From: Perkinsus chesapeaki ATCC PRA-425
Taxonomy: Eukaryota > Protista > Perkinsozoa
Direction: 5' to 3'
NCBI GenBank assembly: GCA_013115145.1
Contig: JAAPAO010000132.1
Span: 2,729-66,728 of the forward strand
DNA: 64,000 nucleotides
The position numbers were made by a program, and so were the translations under genes. This document shows, one piece after another, positions 25,601-36,733 of the stretch. Below the pieces are notes generated by a model. That model was not told the DNA's origin and did no database searches. It saw nothing but the letters and a program-made list of their open reading frames with translations. The stretch's first letter is position 1; each line of letters begins with the position of its first letter.

Positions 25601-26353
25601 TCGAAGAGGCTGTATGGTGATGCTGAGGGATGGCTTGTTTAGCGCGCTTATCCGCAGGGCCGCCACTATTGGCATTTCATCCGAAAGGTCTCTTTTGTGA
25701 CTTCACAGCTTGCAAGAAGAACACACTCAATTGCGTTACAGTTAGGTTTATTGATGAACATTACTATTCAACAACTACCGGGATGAACAGCCCCATAGCA
25801 GCAGCGAGAGTAATGGATGAACTAGAGATTGATTACAGACTCAAAAGCGAGTGTATTATGCAACCGAATCTCCTAAGGGAGGGAGTGAGCAACTCTTTGA
25901 ACCATATTTTACAACGGCTGTTGTTTGTTTGTTTGGGTGGCCTTGCCGACCGCCATAGTGGCAGTATTCGGTGTTAGCGCCACACGGAGCTAGCTCCGTA
26001 GATTTGTTGGTCCGCTGCATCCTGCCTGGCTCAGGATTCCAAATCCACCTCGTCGTCTTCCGCTCGGCCTCCTCCTTAGTGCTAGTAATGGTACAGAATA
26101 GTAAACAATCAAGTAATGATACATTTATATACATATATATTTTTTCCTTTTTTTTCAACGGCTGTTGTAGTTCTAACGAACCCTGCTATAACCTATCATT
26201 TCCGTACGGGTTCCTGTTTTTGAGAAGAGGAGATGATCCTCACGGGGCACACGGTGATTTCCAGTCTCCGGGCGAGCGATGTATTTCGTGGCGCGTGACG
26301 ATAGACGACCCGGGCTGCTGGCTGCTGGCCTTTCCGGTGACTACTTAGTCGCA

Positions 26354-28793
26354 ATGCGTAAGATACTCTATATCATCATCAGCAGCAGCTGTATAGTTAT
26401 AATAGGGGCTCTAGGAGCAGGGAGTGATACAGTATGGCATCCTATCAATCATCATAGTGATGAAGAGGAACGCCAAAGGATGATGCATCAATTTGGCGGC
26501 GCACAAACATTACCTGGTTTTCCGTCACTTAAAGCCAATCCATTGTTAACTGCCGAGGAGGATAACCACCCTAAGGAGGTTGGGAGCTTGGAGCTACCGG
26601 CCCCTAGGATACCAAATGCGACACAGTATGAGAGATCGGGGGTACCTGTGTCCGAGCATAAGGGGCCTTATCATCCAGCATTACACAGTGTACATTATAA
26701 TAGTAATCATAGTGATGAGGAGATAAGGGAGGAAGGGGACAATCGACGACACAACTCCAATGGTGAAGAGGAGGAGGATGGGTTAGAGTTCCATGGCAAG
26801 ACACACACTACAACGAAAATGGCAGTTGGTGAGCATAAGGCTGGAGGGAGGGAGGTGGAAGGGGATAATGAGGCAATAGGATCCAAGGGAGGTGGTGAAG
26901 TTCATGTCCATGATGATAATAGTGGAACTAGTAGAGTCGGGCCGCAACAGGGAGGAGTTACTATTGGTGGTGGCAATCAAGTGATGTCTCACGGTGATAC
27001 CATAGGTAGGCTAAGTAAAGAGGAGACCAATGTTATGGGCTCAAAGGAGGAGCATGAGGAGGGGATGGAGCATGCTGGTCATGAATGGCATCCACATAGA
27101 CATCACAGGCATAAGGGACACACCAACGATAATGGGAAGGGTAAATTAGGACACGATAAAGTACCTAAGGAGTATCATCCATCATTGCATCATAAGGCTG
27201 AATCCAAAGCCACAGACTCGGACCTTCCGATGGCCCCACCAGGTAGTAACAATCTCTAAAGTGTACAGGTAGTTCAGGGTTAGGTCATCGACATGAACTG
27301 GAAATATCCGAGGTTGAAGGGGAACCTGGATACGAGGGGACCTTGGCGGAGGAACTATCGTCGTTACTAAGTCTGTGGACTGGCGGTGGTGCACGGGTAA
27401 TACGGGAAGGCCGTGTATCGGTGTACACTGGGGGCTTTAGGTATCGACAGAACTACAGATGGTTAATAAGGAAGGAGGCAAATGGGTGTCTAACATGGCC
27501 AATGGCCAGTCCTCTTCTTCCTCTAGGACCAAGGCATGGCTGGCTGCCGCTGCTGAGCGGTATACTGGGGATGTAAGGGAAGTGTGGTATTAATTAGGGA
27601 GTAGGGAACATTATCAGATAAACCACCAAGTAGAGGGGGATGTGATGCTGGGAAAGCTCATTACTTTTCTATCCCTCAACTCCATGGGCGGCCCCAACGA
27701 TCTCATAACTGGCTCCAGTGACCCCGGTCTAGGTAGTCACGCCGGACTTTATCCGATTTCCACTTCACACTGTAGGTGACCTTCGAGCCTCCGACTCAGC
27801 CTTTATATGCAATCATGTATGTTGGCAGAGGCATCCTCAAGGGTTTGCGAGGTCTAGTATAAAGGGTGTGGCATCGTTGGCGACACAATGTGAGCTGTCT
27901 CCTATGGCCGCCATACTACTTGGGCACAAGAAGCCTGGTCTCATGAGGTGTTGCCAATCTGATCTCTATCTCCAGCAATTGTCTCTTGTAGAGCCATCGG
28001 AAAGGTATGTGATGAGGAGTGTATGGCAATAACAGTCGAAGAGAACAGCCCAGTGTCGGCCTGTGTAGAGGTCCCATGCTCACAGCGTTGTCGGGTTGAA
28101 GGTGATATCTAGCTCTCCTCATCATCTCCCCTCAGTTGTATCTTGTTGGTTTAGGTAATCGTTGTACATCGACTCTTCAACATGACTGGTATGCTGATGG
28201 GTTGTGCTCTACTAAATGCACTCCTACTGAGGGTAAGGTATGCGGGACAAAGACAGCACCACAGCCGAAGACAGCCTATCAAGGTAGTCAACACACTTAC
28301 GACTCAAGGTGGGCAGCAGCAGCAGCCTCAGGGCCCATCACCTACCATTGCTTAGGTGCCTCTGGACTAGGACCTGCGATCGCTGCCTTAGTCAAGAGAT
28401 GCCTCCCTCACTGGTAGTGCTATTCTCTCTTCTTCTTTCCCCACATCTGCACCTCAGCCTTCCATGGGCCCATTGACTCTTGCTGCCGACATGTACTGTA
28501 TAAACTTCGACGGTGCTTGCCGGCCATCTAGAGGTGATGGTACCTGCAGTGTCAAGAAGGGCGAAGAATCTCCTACAAAGTGGGCACCTGTTATACCTAC
28601 TAAGGCTTATACCATATTCAGCTCCCCTTCTGAGGAGTTCTTCACCTGTGCTGCGCCCTACTTTGAGGAGGCCTACCCTTATGGTCCCTACTACACAACA
28701 GTGGGAGGCAAGCCGATAAAGGAGGTTAAGAACATTCGGGTAGATTGGAATAATCATACGGTGGGTCTGAGACTATGCAATAGAGGTTGTTGA
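26354..28793 (+). CDS. Predicted secreted protein: His/Gly/Glu-rich low-complexity N-terminal half and Cys-rich C-terminal exons
   Basis: MRKILYIIISSSCIVIIGALGAG is a signal peptide, followed by a ~295-aa first exon with His clusters. Downstream exon-like segments include SACVEVPCSQRC, CTSTLQHDWYADGLCSTKC and MYCINFDGAC...VGLRLCNRGC*. The joins between the middle exons are uncertain. Confidence 0.6.
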
Positions 28794-28859
28794 GGTCCAG
28801 GCTGCGATAGGTAGCCGTGGAAGCAGTCATGCACAATCATCGAGGGGCGCCTCCTGATT

Positions 28860-28942
28860 GCCTTAAAGCAAGGTTTTTAGTTGTGGATGAAGATCGAGAG
28901 CGAAAGTCCGAAAGGTCCCGGGTTCGATCCTCGGTTAGGGTA
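28860..28942 (+). pseudogene. Degenerate tRNA-Phe(GAA)-like gene with a short intron-like insert in the anticodon arm
   Basis: The acceptor stem GCCTTAA/TTAGGGT pairs 7/7 with wobble and has discriminator A. The T arm is CCGGG-TTCGATC-CTCGG, the variable loop AAGGTC, and the anticodon arm TGGA-TGAAGA-[13 nt]-TCCG. A T4 run follows. The D-arm is non-canonical and contains T5. Confidence 0.5.
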
Positions 28943-28949
28943 CTTTTGT

Positions 28950-29760
28950 AGTTATCGCTCCGGCAACCGTGAATGGCAGTCTAGGATATGCGCGGACCAC
29001 TGGAACGATCGGACCTTGCCGTGGGAAGCCGATGATCGACCCACCAAGGGTGACTTTGATGGGCGCGTAGAGAGTGTAGGCATGCTGCTATGTTGGACGC
29101 CTTGTAACGTGGTGGGCGCAGATGTTCCTGTTCAAAGAGGATCAGAACCCCACCAGGCCAGCATCCCTCAGGGTCGTCGGTGAGGTACCTTTAATGAAGG
29201 CGGCACTTGACAGGAATAATGTTAGAAGTTGTCCATCATAGCGCCTGGAATCCTCTCTGCCCAGGTCGTGCACTTCACCCCCGACTTCGACGACTATCAG
29301 CTCCTGCTGTGCCTCGGGCCAGCGGAGGGGTACATGTCACCTCTGGGCAGCTCTGCATTGAAGGTCATCTCCCTACCGGTAGCCTTATCCCTCCAGCCCT
29401 CCTATAGGTTCTCGGGCCATGGCGTTTGCAGTTGACTGATGATCTGAGGGAGACCGATGATGGTCTTCAGAGAGGCAAGGAGCCCGGCGATACGGTGGAG
29501 GTGCGGTGGATCTGTCCGTTGTCCTCGGCGCATGACCTCCATTGCAGTTACCTTCGCCAGGCATGCACACTCATGGCGTGCTGGTCCCTTGAGACCATGT
29601 TAGATTTTCTGTCGCAGAATTGGCGACCTTCTTTACTGCTCGATGAGCGGTGCCCATTTACCATGTCCGAGCACTAAAGTGCTTATCAACAACACCTTTG
29701 CTGTGGAAAGTTGGTATTGAGTTGCAGTCTAGTGGTAATGAGGAATCGTAAAACTTAGTG
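28950..29760 (+). CDS. Unresolved multi-exon coding segment: a small orphan gene or a 5' extension of the KDM1-like gene
   Basis: Exon-like stretches lie between GT/AG pairs (GIMLEVVHHSAWNPLCP; VLGPWRLQLTDDLRETDDGLQRGKEPGDTVE). I could not fix a single reading frame. Confidence 0.3.
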
Positions 29761-29777
29761 GTACCGCTTCAAGTGAT

Positions 29778-32700
29778 ATGCCCGTATCGAATGGTGGCGG
29801 GCATTCCCCATCGAGCACTCCACGGCCGGTGTCATCTCGTCTATCCGTATGCGTTGTTGGTGGTGGTATAGCAGGTGCAACTGCAGCCAGAGAACTTGCC
29901 AGAAAGGGCTTCCATGTTACACTATTCGAGGCGAGGTCAGAGCCGTCCCTGCTCTGATAGGGTACATCTTCTTCTCCATAGGGATCGTCTCGGAGGTCGC
30001 CTTCACTCTCCAGACCTCTGTGGGCGCGCTGTTGATGTCGGCGGTAGCTGGATCCATGGGACTAATAAGAATCCTGTTACTGAAGTATCGCCGAGCAGCT
30101 CAGCGATTGTCACCGAGTTCTACTTTAGGCTGTTAATGCTTTTGGATTGGAGACCTACGGCGATGAGCATTCAGTGAGGATGTGGATGGACAATAACAAA
30201 GGAGAGGTTGGAGTGTGGGCAACTGTTGGTCATCACCAACTTGTAGGTGCCGCCACATATCGATGCCACAGTTGAAGATGTTTGGAACAAGTTGATGGAT
30301 CTCGCACCAGTCTATGCCGATCGATCCTCTAGGCCCTCCACCCGATCTACCACTTCCACTGTAGACTCTCTCGGAGCGTAAGCACCCTCGTCGGTCTTTT
30401 AAGAGGCTCATGGTCTCTGGCCAGGTATATCTCTGAGGTGTACCGTAGTGTGGACCATCACGGCTCTGATAGCACTCCGAGGTCCAATGCATCTGGGCCA
30501 CTCTCGGTAGGGAATACTGCACGGCTGCTTTCGGGAGGGGCGTTACTTAGGCTGCCAGTAGAGAGCTTCAATCGTTGTTTGGGTCCAAGGGAAAAGGAGG
30601 TCTCAATCCACAGGAACAGGAGCTGGCCAAAGAACTAATAAATTGGCATATAACCAATATTGAGTGGGCACACACGAGAGCCATACCGCTCTTCTCTCTC
30701 ATCCTGGTCTTCTAGATACTCCGCTGCTGCCCCTGTCTGGCACCTGTCCCTCCGCCATTGGGATCAAGATGATCCTTTGGCCCTCGATGGCCAACATGTA
30801 CAGTGCTGCCGTCCTTTGCACCCACGATTTATCAATCTCTTCAGGTTATGCTAAGAGGAGGCTACCAACAATTGGTGGAACGTATCTTGACAGACATCGA
30901 CCGGCTACCGGGAGAAGTTGATGTGATCCTCAATCAGACTGTTACTAAGATCGAGTAAGACGACACCAGTCTGATCTGGAAGAGCTACTAGTCGTTGTGT
31001 GTAGATACGAACCTGACACGGATATGACACAACCGCCAGTTGGGGTATATGTTAACGGGAAGTCAACGCCTCTCAAGTTCCACTGGGTATAAATTCCATC
31101 TATTCCCTATTGATTGACATTGATAATTCAGGTTATTCTCACAGCACCATTAGGAGTCCTGAAGGCGTCCCTTGTGATGGATGACCTGCCAAGCATGGCC
31201 GAGGAACACCCTAGGCCAGAAAGCGTTATGACCAAGGTGGGTTACACCTACCGGCCAAGTCGCACTGTTAATTTCAGTCCTCGAAAGGGCTTATCTCGTT
31301 CACACCGCCGCTGTCGGATGACAAGATAGCGGTGGTGAAACGGCTCGGCATGGGGCTACTCAATAAAGTCGTCCTGGCCTTCCCCAATAGGTTCTGGCCT
31401 CGAGGCGAGGACAACAGCAGGTAGCCTTCTTTCAACTACGCATGCATCATCCGTCGACCTTAGATACCACGGTTTCGTTTCGGGAGTGCCCGGAGAGATG
31501 TTCTGGTTCGTGGAAGTCAGCGATCCACCTCCGGACCGTGATGTGGTAATGACCGACGCCGAGCAAGATCCAGATGATACTTTTTATCTGGTCGGCTTTT
31601 TATGTGGTGAGTTCGCCATAAGGCTGGCGAAGGAAAGCGATGAGGTGAGGGAAGCAAAACGGCGTGGAAGTATTGGTGGTTTCAGCACATAGTCGATCTG
31701 GCCCTCAACACCTTGGGACGGATGTTCGGTGAAGATACCATCCCGACATTGAAAGGATTTATTGTTACACGTTGGAACGATGTGAGCACCTTCTACTGCC
31801 TCGACTTCAACAACCATTTGCATCAGGATCCGTACTCAAGAGGCTCCTACAGCTATATTGCTACAGAGTCATCAGGACTTGATTACGATGGACTTATGGC
31901 ACCCGAATATGACGGTCGGTTACTTTTTGCCGGAGAGGCTACCTGCCGGTGAGAACCGCCTCTACACTCAAGCGTGAATGCGTCTTTAGGTGGTATCCCT
32001 CCACGGTGCATGGAGCTTTGCTGAGCGGGCTCAGAGAGGCCCGACGGATATGCGATCTTGTTCGAGGGGAACCTAAGTTACCCCAGATCGGTGAGCCCTT
32101 GGCCGGATGAAGACTCGCCGCAAATGTGGTGTTGATGATGATGTCAGGTAAACTGTTCCCTGGTTCTTCGACTATGGCTGGCATTCGCCTAGCACTGCCG
32201 GGGGACTTCGAGTTAGAAGAGGATGACCTGGCGCCAATTAACGATGTAGAGAATCAGAAGCTCCTGCAGATACACTGCGCTCTTTGCAACCAGAAATGGC
32301 AGAGGGAAAGGTAAGAAGCCTCATTGCCTCTGTAGTTCGTATAACATTAACTCAGACCAATGGTCGGCCCAATTTCCCCGATTAATCGGTATTTCGTCCA
32401 TGTAGACTGCGCACTGCTCACACCTGAGACAGCTACTTCCTTAAAGCCACCATTAGCTCGGTAAGCCTCGCCTCATGTACCTTGCATTATTCCTCTAGGT
32501 GGTGGAACGTCGAGGCTGCTATTAAACGGGGACAGCGTCTAATATGCAGCCAGTGCAAGAAGCCGGGGGCTACGATAAGCTGTTGTTATCTCAAAGGTAA
32601 GCGTCAACGATTTCCCATATAATGCAATTATTATTTTCATCAGGGAATACCTATTGTGATGCGGTGTATCACTCCACGTGTGCGTTGCGGTTGTCTTGGC

Positions 32701-32859
32701 CGATAGAGGAGGGTCTCTGCCCAGTAGCAGGGAGACCTGGTTGGAGGTGAGCTTAGCAATCGGCTCGTGGTTGGGCATCTTTGTTGTATTAGTCGTCTTC
32801 CACCTTTTTACTGTCCGGAGCATCGTCAAGATTCGCCGAGTTTTAACAGGGTTCCCTGA
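29778..32859 (+). CDS. KDM1: LSD1/KDM1-type flavin amine oxidase (putative histone demethylase) with a C-terminal extended PHD (zf-HC5HC2H-like) finger
   Basis: VCVVGGGIAGATAARELA, FEAR|DRLGGR, GGSWIHG, APVWHLSLRHWDQDD (LSD1 has LSLKHWDQDD), GMGLLNKVVL (the LSD1 K661 position), DPYSRGSYSY and FAGEAT...YPSTVHGALLSGLREA. These are followed by HCALC...HVDCA...WWNVEAAIKRGQRLICSQCKKPGATISCC...CDAVYHSTCA...FYCPEH. The true start may lie further upstream. Confidence 0.88.
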
Positions 32860-33051
32860 CACGTTTCTGCATTTCCTTATTTGTGTTGAATTGACTGCTC
32901 ATAAAAACTAAGTCAGTGAAGACAATTTAGAGGTTCTCGGAAATACGATATTGAAGATTATTAAAGTTTAGACCACAAAGATATAAAGGGTAGTGACCCC
33001 ATTCATAAGTACTCAACCTCCATAACCGTCCAACAGCAGCCATCTGTGTCA

Positions 33052-34583
33052 TCACCCGCAGACGAGCAGGCTAGGCTCGAGGAAGGACCCGATGATGTAC
33101 TTGTTTGAATTCGGCACCTTAGCAAAAACGCTCCAAGCACCAATGTTATCCTTCGCTCGAGTGGAGTAGACCTCTTCCACTGTATAGGATGGCTTGTTCG
33201 TATTATTATCCTCACCCCACTCAATAGTTATACGTCTGGCATGTGATGGTATGGCGATGTCATCTCGAGTACGATTAGGCTTGTTGATGTTGTCGATGGC
33301 GTGAAGCATGTCAATAGGCCTTCTAATGCCACCGGAATAGAACACTTGCTTGCTCGAGGTTGAGGCCTCCAAATCGGGGTAGATGTTGTCCAGAGGATAT
33401 CCAACATGGACGTGACCAATGAAAGAAAGGTCACCCGAGGGGAGGATATCATACAAGTTCAAGCCATGATCGCCCAGCACGACCGTGGCAAGCTTGGATC
33501 TGACAAGGATCAACTTCATTGTAAACGGTCTTCTTTGTTAGCTTACTTGTCATGCGATATATAAATTCCATTGTAGCCCAAAGCAGCGCCGCCAGTGGTA
33601 CGACACTTGTCACCCTCACAGTAGAGGATCGTACACGAGTTAATGCCAGCGATGAGCCCACCAAGGAAGCGTGCCTTTGCTGAGAGACTCGGACCTGAAC
33701 CGTGAAATAGGCCGACGACTTAACGCAGAATCTCACCGTTGTCTCCTCCCATTGGATGACCCCACCAGTTGGTAACATAGAACTTCACCACAGGATCGAC
33801 TTGTACCACTTGTAAATCATTGAGCTGTCCGTAGCCCATGGCAGGCGATGCTACAGACCTGGAACTCAACGGTCAATTCGAGAATGAGTCGCTGACCTAC
33901 TTAATGTACTGCAACCCTATTGGCTTCTGGTCTTCAAAAATGACAGTGAAGAACTCGATACGCTCCCCACCAAAGGTCCATGCATGGTTGATAACCCCGA
34001 GAGTGTTGGACTCTCTGTGATACGATATACCATGGGGACGGAAAGATACATGGGAAGGGAACCCTTCAAGAGGGAGAGGTGCCAAGGCCGCCTCGGCTTC
34101 AATATTAAATGCGAATAGAGGGAAACTGAATAGTAGTTACAATACAATTATAACAATGTTAAGTTATACAGTACGTAGCCTTCGGAACGGGCTTCAACAT
34201 GAACGTCATCTGCGGGTCCATGTTGGACACAATAGCCCACGATCCATCGCCGACGAACTCTAAGTCCTCGGTACCACCGATGTTATCGACTCCTCCAGGT
34301 AGAGGGATTTGCCGACACTGAACCAAGAGGGGTGAATGAAAATGGAACAGACCAATCGAATGCTTACCACACTTCCCGAGATAGTTTCGGGAATACTGTC
34401 CAGGCTCACATTGATGGCCAAGACTTGATAATATATTCTATAAAAGATAACAGCCACCACAACAATTATAATCATAAGGAGATAGCCCAGGCAGGAAAAC
34501 CCCCTCGGAGCAGATGATGCTCGAGTGGGCACACTGGTGCCAGCTGACTTCGAAGCTTTCTTCGTCGAGGAGGTCGACTTCAT
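33052..34583 (-). CDS. Paraoxonase/arylesterase-like beta-propeller with a type II N-terminal anchor
   Basis: TM segment CLGYLLMIIIVVVAVIFYRIYY, then PMDPQMTF, FRPHGISY...LGVINHAW...ERIEFF, YPLDNIYPD and a C-terminal IIGSFLEPSLLVC, matching the PON/calcium-phosphotriesterase pattern. Confidence 0.75.
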
Positions 34584-34699
34584 TTCTGGGTTACGTGTAG
34601 CTGTCAATAAACCGTAATGGAATTGTTGTACTAAACATTGTCAAGTGTTGAGAAACTCAGAATTGTAGAGGAATGTGCCCGGTCTGCTTATTGTCAGCT

Positions 34700-35140
34700 T
34701 GATCAATCGACAATAACCATCGGTGAACTAGTAAGTAGAGTACACCCAGTGCGATCCAGCATGCCACAACCTAAACACATAAGGCATACAACACAATACG
34801 GAGAACGGCCGTCGCCTGGCACGAGTGCTTCAATCGCTAGGTGAGTTGATGAGAGAAGGATTAGCTGCCGTTGGTGTGGTGATGGACAATTTTGACGGGT
34901 ATAAAAGGACTCACAACTCTAGCTCGCATGCATTGGCGAGGTGTTGGTCTATCAAATGTTATAACTTTAGGCTTCGGTCGACTACTTGGGCTGAGGCACA
35001 GATCGCAGTTGCAATCGTAGGGGTGGCTATAAACGGTGGGGGAGGATGCTGAGGTCATTAATTTACTAAAAGTATGAAAAGTGCGACTATACAGTACAGC
35101 AGGAGGGAGGAGACATAGAACAACATATCTCACTTTTGTT
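34700..35140 (-). CDS. Possible small orphan gene
   Basis: Short frame ...HPYDCNCDLCLSPSSRPKPK... with nearby splice-like signals; no homology recognised. Confidence 0.2.
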
Positions 35141-35377
35141 CATCTACTAGGGATACTGAGGGTATTATACTCCTCTATGATAGAGGCTCTATCAATATAG
35201 TTCTAATTATAGTTCTCGACAATAGGCATACTGTCTCCGGAGAAACATTTCTCTTCGTTGGGTACAATACAGTAAGCCCTTAATGTGAGTAACGAAACAT
35301 ACGTATAACGGAAACCATGCAACAGTACACTGAGATGGCAATACTGGTGATTGGGAAAATAATGCTTCTTCGAACAT

Positions 35378-36348
35378 TCAAAAACTACTAAGTCCAAAAA
35401 CATGTTTACGTATGAACTCTATGGTAGGCCAGCTTAGGAATAGGAATGGCCCGAGACGCAAGTAGGCAGCAGTCCATCCTCTCCAGAGCCCTCTGAGGCC
35501 CTCCTGTCTCAGAACCCTAAAGGCTCCTTCTATGCCATTGTTATATTCACCTGTGCCCATCAATCTTGTTCTGATAACATCAACTGGAGCAGCAACAGTA
35601 GACGCCACCAGACCGGCCAATATACCGCAAGTAGCTGAGAGAACGGTCCCCTCTTCTAGACCACACCCCTTAAGGGTTCGCTTGGCAATCTCATAGGTAG
35701 CTATCTGAGCACCTGTTACCAAACTAGCTCGAGTGCAGGTTGTCAACAAGCCTTTGAATAAGACCCCACTGGCATAGTTCTTGGAAAGTCCGTCAAACAC
35801 AGACTTGAAAGCTGGCTCATGACCGGCACGGCTCCCAGTGATATACCGGCCATCCGCCCCTCTCAGCCCTCCTTCGTATTGTGCCCGAATTTTCAAGCGA
35901 TCGAGTGGCGTTGCGCAGCAAGCGCTGAGAAGACCACTGGTGAGGGCTGCTGAGAGGATAATAGGGAAGGAGCTTGAGCTCAGCTGGAAGGCGTCCGCAT
36001 AAAAACCTTTAATGGTCGGATAAAGGCCAATGCGAATGCACCCGTTCACGAAATCTGCCGCGATAACGTAACGGATGCCGGTGCGCCACAGGCCCGTCAC
36101 TCCATCGCTTTTGATCTGAGAACAAAAGAAGTAACAACGCCGCATGATAGAAAACAGATGAAAGGCATTACTGTTGAGCGGGCAAGGGATACTAGGCCAA
36201 TACGAGGTTCACGAGTCTGCATTCTAACCTTTAGCACTTCTGCAGGATTCAGCACGGCCGCTGTTGTGGCTATGCCGAGACCGCCTGAAAGGCTAGGAAG
36301 CGTCAATGCGTGTAGGCTGCTATACCAACTCTACATTTCAAGTGGCAT
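35378..36348 (-). CDS. Mitochondrial carrier (OAC1/SLC25A34-35 to UCP/OGC clade), tandem copy 1
   Basis: LNPAEVLKVRMQ, DFVNGCIRIGLY, TPLDRLKIRAQ, APVDVIRTRLM and GWTAAYLRLGP; probable start MPLEI|LSGG at 36348. Confidence 0.88.
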
Positions 36349-36733
36349 ACTCCCTCTTCGACCATTCGTCGGAGGGATGAGTGCAGACCCTGTAGGAGCA
36401 CTGCTACTAGATGGGAGGCCGGGTGGTATGATAAAATAGATAACTAACCAAGAGATGTCCGATACTGGTATAGCAGCAGAGGGGCGAAAACCATGCAACA
36501 TAGATCTGCGATATAAGGCTTTGATGCAATACTAAACCGTGTGCAAAGTGAATTCAACCCGAAGGGCAACACGCAGAAACAGCTGGCGAGAATGATACAC
36601 CTCCTAAAGATTCATGTCCAGTGGCCCGTGCAGGTGACCAGGAGCTGCTATTATAAACGCAAGGCCTTTCTTCATACCGGCGATGGATATAAGTAAGGAG
36701 GTAAGAGAATGAAGCGACGGCTAAGCAAGCATG

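Noticed and set aside
25912-26168. 13-bp direct repeat CAACGGCTGTTGT flanking ~230 bp with a T-rich end, suggesting a target-site duplication
   Set aside because: The T tract is on the wrong side for a poly(A) retro-insertion, and one such repeat per 64 kb is plausible by chance.
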